Below are positions 31,560 through 32,108 of a stretch of DNA of 32,108 nt, in pieces. Where the stretch lies: contig NC_068989.1 of the NCBI RefSeq assembly GCF_001194135.2, positions 75,607,344 to 75,639,451 on the forward strand. Direction: 5' to 3'. Below the pieces are notes generated by a model. It saw only the letters and a program-made list of their open reading frames with translations, was not told where the DNA came from and ran no database searches. Source of the stretch: Octopus bimaculoides (lineage: Eukaryota). Made by a program: the position numbers and the translations under genes. Each line of letters begins with the position of its first letter. Within the stretch, counting starts at the first letter, position 1.

Positions 31560-32108
31560 TACGGAAAGACTTTCAAACTTCGTATACTTATCTATTTTGT
31601 GTTATAGAACAGAAAAATATTTTTGTATTCGAATTTATTTCATGTAAAAAATTGTCTTATTTCGATAATTTCAACCAATCACTGACAAGTATTCAGTTGT
31701 TTACATTTACTCCTTTGGCTGATTAAGCGATGTAAAGCGTATTTAATCTCCATACCTTCGTTTTATTTGCTTTTTTCATTTTAAATTTGCTTTAACCCTA
31801 ACTCTAACCCTAACCCTAACCCTAACCCTAACCTTACGGTTAGGGTTAGGGTTAGAGTTAGGTTAGGGTTAGGGTTAGTGTTAGAGTTAGGTTAGGGTTA
31901 GGGTTAGGGTTAGGGTTAATTGTTTCAGAATCGTTTGTTTATGTAGTCGGCACTTAATGTATATCGGCTGAATGGACGTCAGTGATTGGTTGAAATTACA
32001 GAAATACGACAACTTTAACATGGAAAAACTTATGGATTTCTTTTTTTTTTTAAGAAGACTAAGAGAAAAAGATGTTTTATATGACACATTCTACCAGTGT
32101 TCCAAGTT
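31560..32108. repeat. Imperfect foldback structure centred on telomeric repeats (runs off the window)
   Basis: Perfect 21-bp inverted repeat TAATTTCAACCAATCACTGAC (31666-31686 and 31978-31998), with looser inverted similarity outward (TGTGTTATAGAACA versus TGTGTCATATAAAACA). Confidence 0.65.
31793..31918. repeat. Interstitial telomeric repeats in inverted orientation: (CCCTAA)n-TTAC-(TTAGGG)n
   Basis: CCCTAA units at 31793-31833 and TTAGGG units with variants (TTAGAG, TTAGG, TTAGTG) at 31838-31918. Confidence 0.9.

Noticed and set aside
31793-31918. Ancient telomere-to-telomere fusion site
   Set aside because: The order is (CCCTAA)n then (TTAGGG)n, the reverse of a fusion scar.

Overview
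Eukaryotic, AT-rich, repeat-saturated genomic DNA. No intact host protein-coding gene, rRNA, CRISPR array or prokaryotic feature could be supported. The SINE repertoire, microsatellite density and TTAGGG repeats suggest a mollusc, most likely Octopus (inference from recall, not a database match). It is a short-read scaffold with 8 N-gaps (8225-8695, 10576-11277, 11978-12217, 18515-18524, 19355-19640, 20208-20580, 23997-24485, 31478-31487), most bordered by (TA)n. Content: at least three tRNA-derived SINE families (my labels A, B, C) with many copies, several with target-site duplications (TSDs) and several in head-to-tail arrays; decayed fragments of a Penelope-like element (GIY-YIG endonuclease), an R4/Dong-type LINE, an RTE LINE, two mariners and a SPIN/GTF2IRD2-type hAT; a tRNA-Ser(CGA)-like pseudogene; and an inverted (CCCTAA)n/(TTAGGG)n block inside a foldback structure. 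The main observation is a ~360 bp unit made of a tRNA-like Pol III head, (AAT)n, a minimal type I hammerhead ribozyme and a fixed tail. It occurs as the terminal repeat of the Penelope element (6817-7760) and as a stand-alone TSD-flanked copy (2221-2583), so it looks like a Penelope-mobilised, ribozyme-bearing SINE. A second, unrelated hammerhead candidate lies at 25435-25517. All structures were read by eye; the boundaries of decayed copies are approximate.
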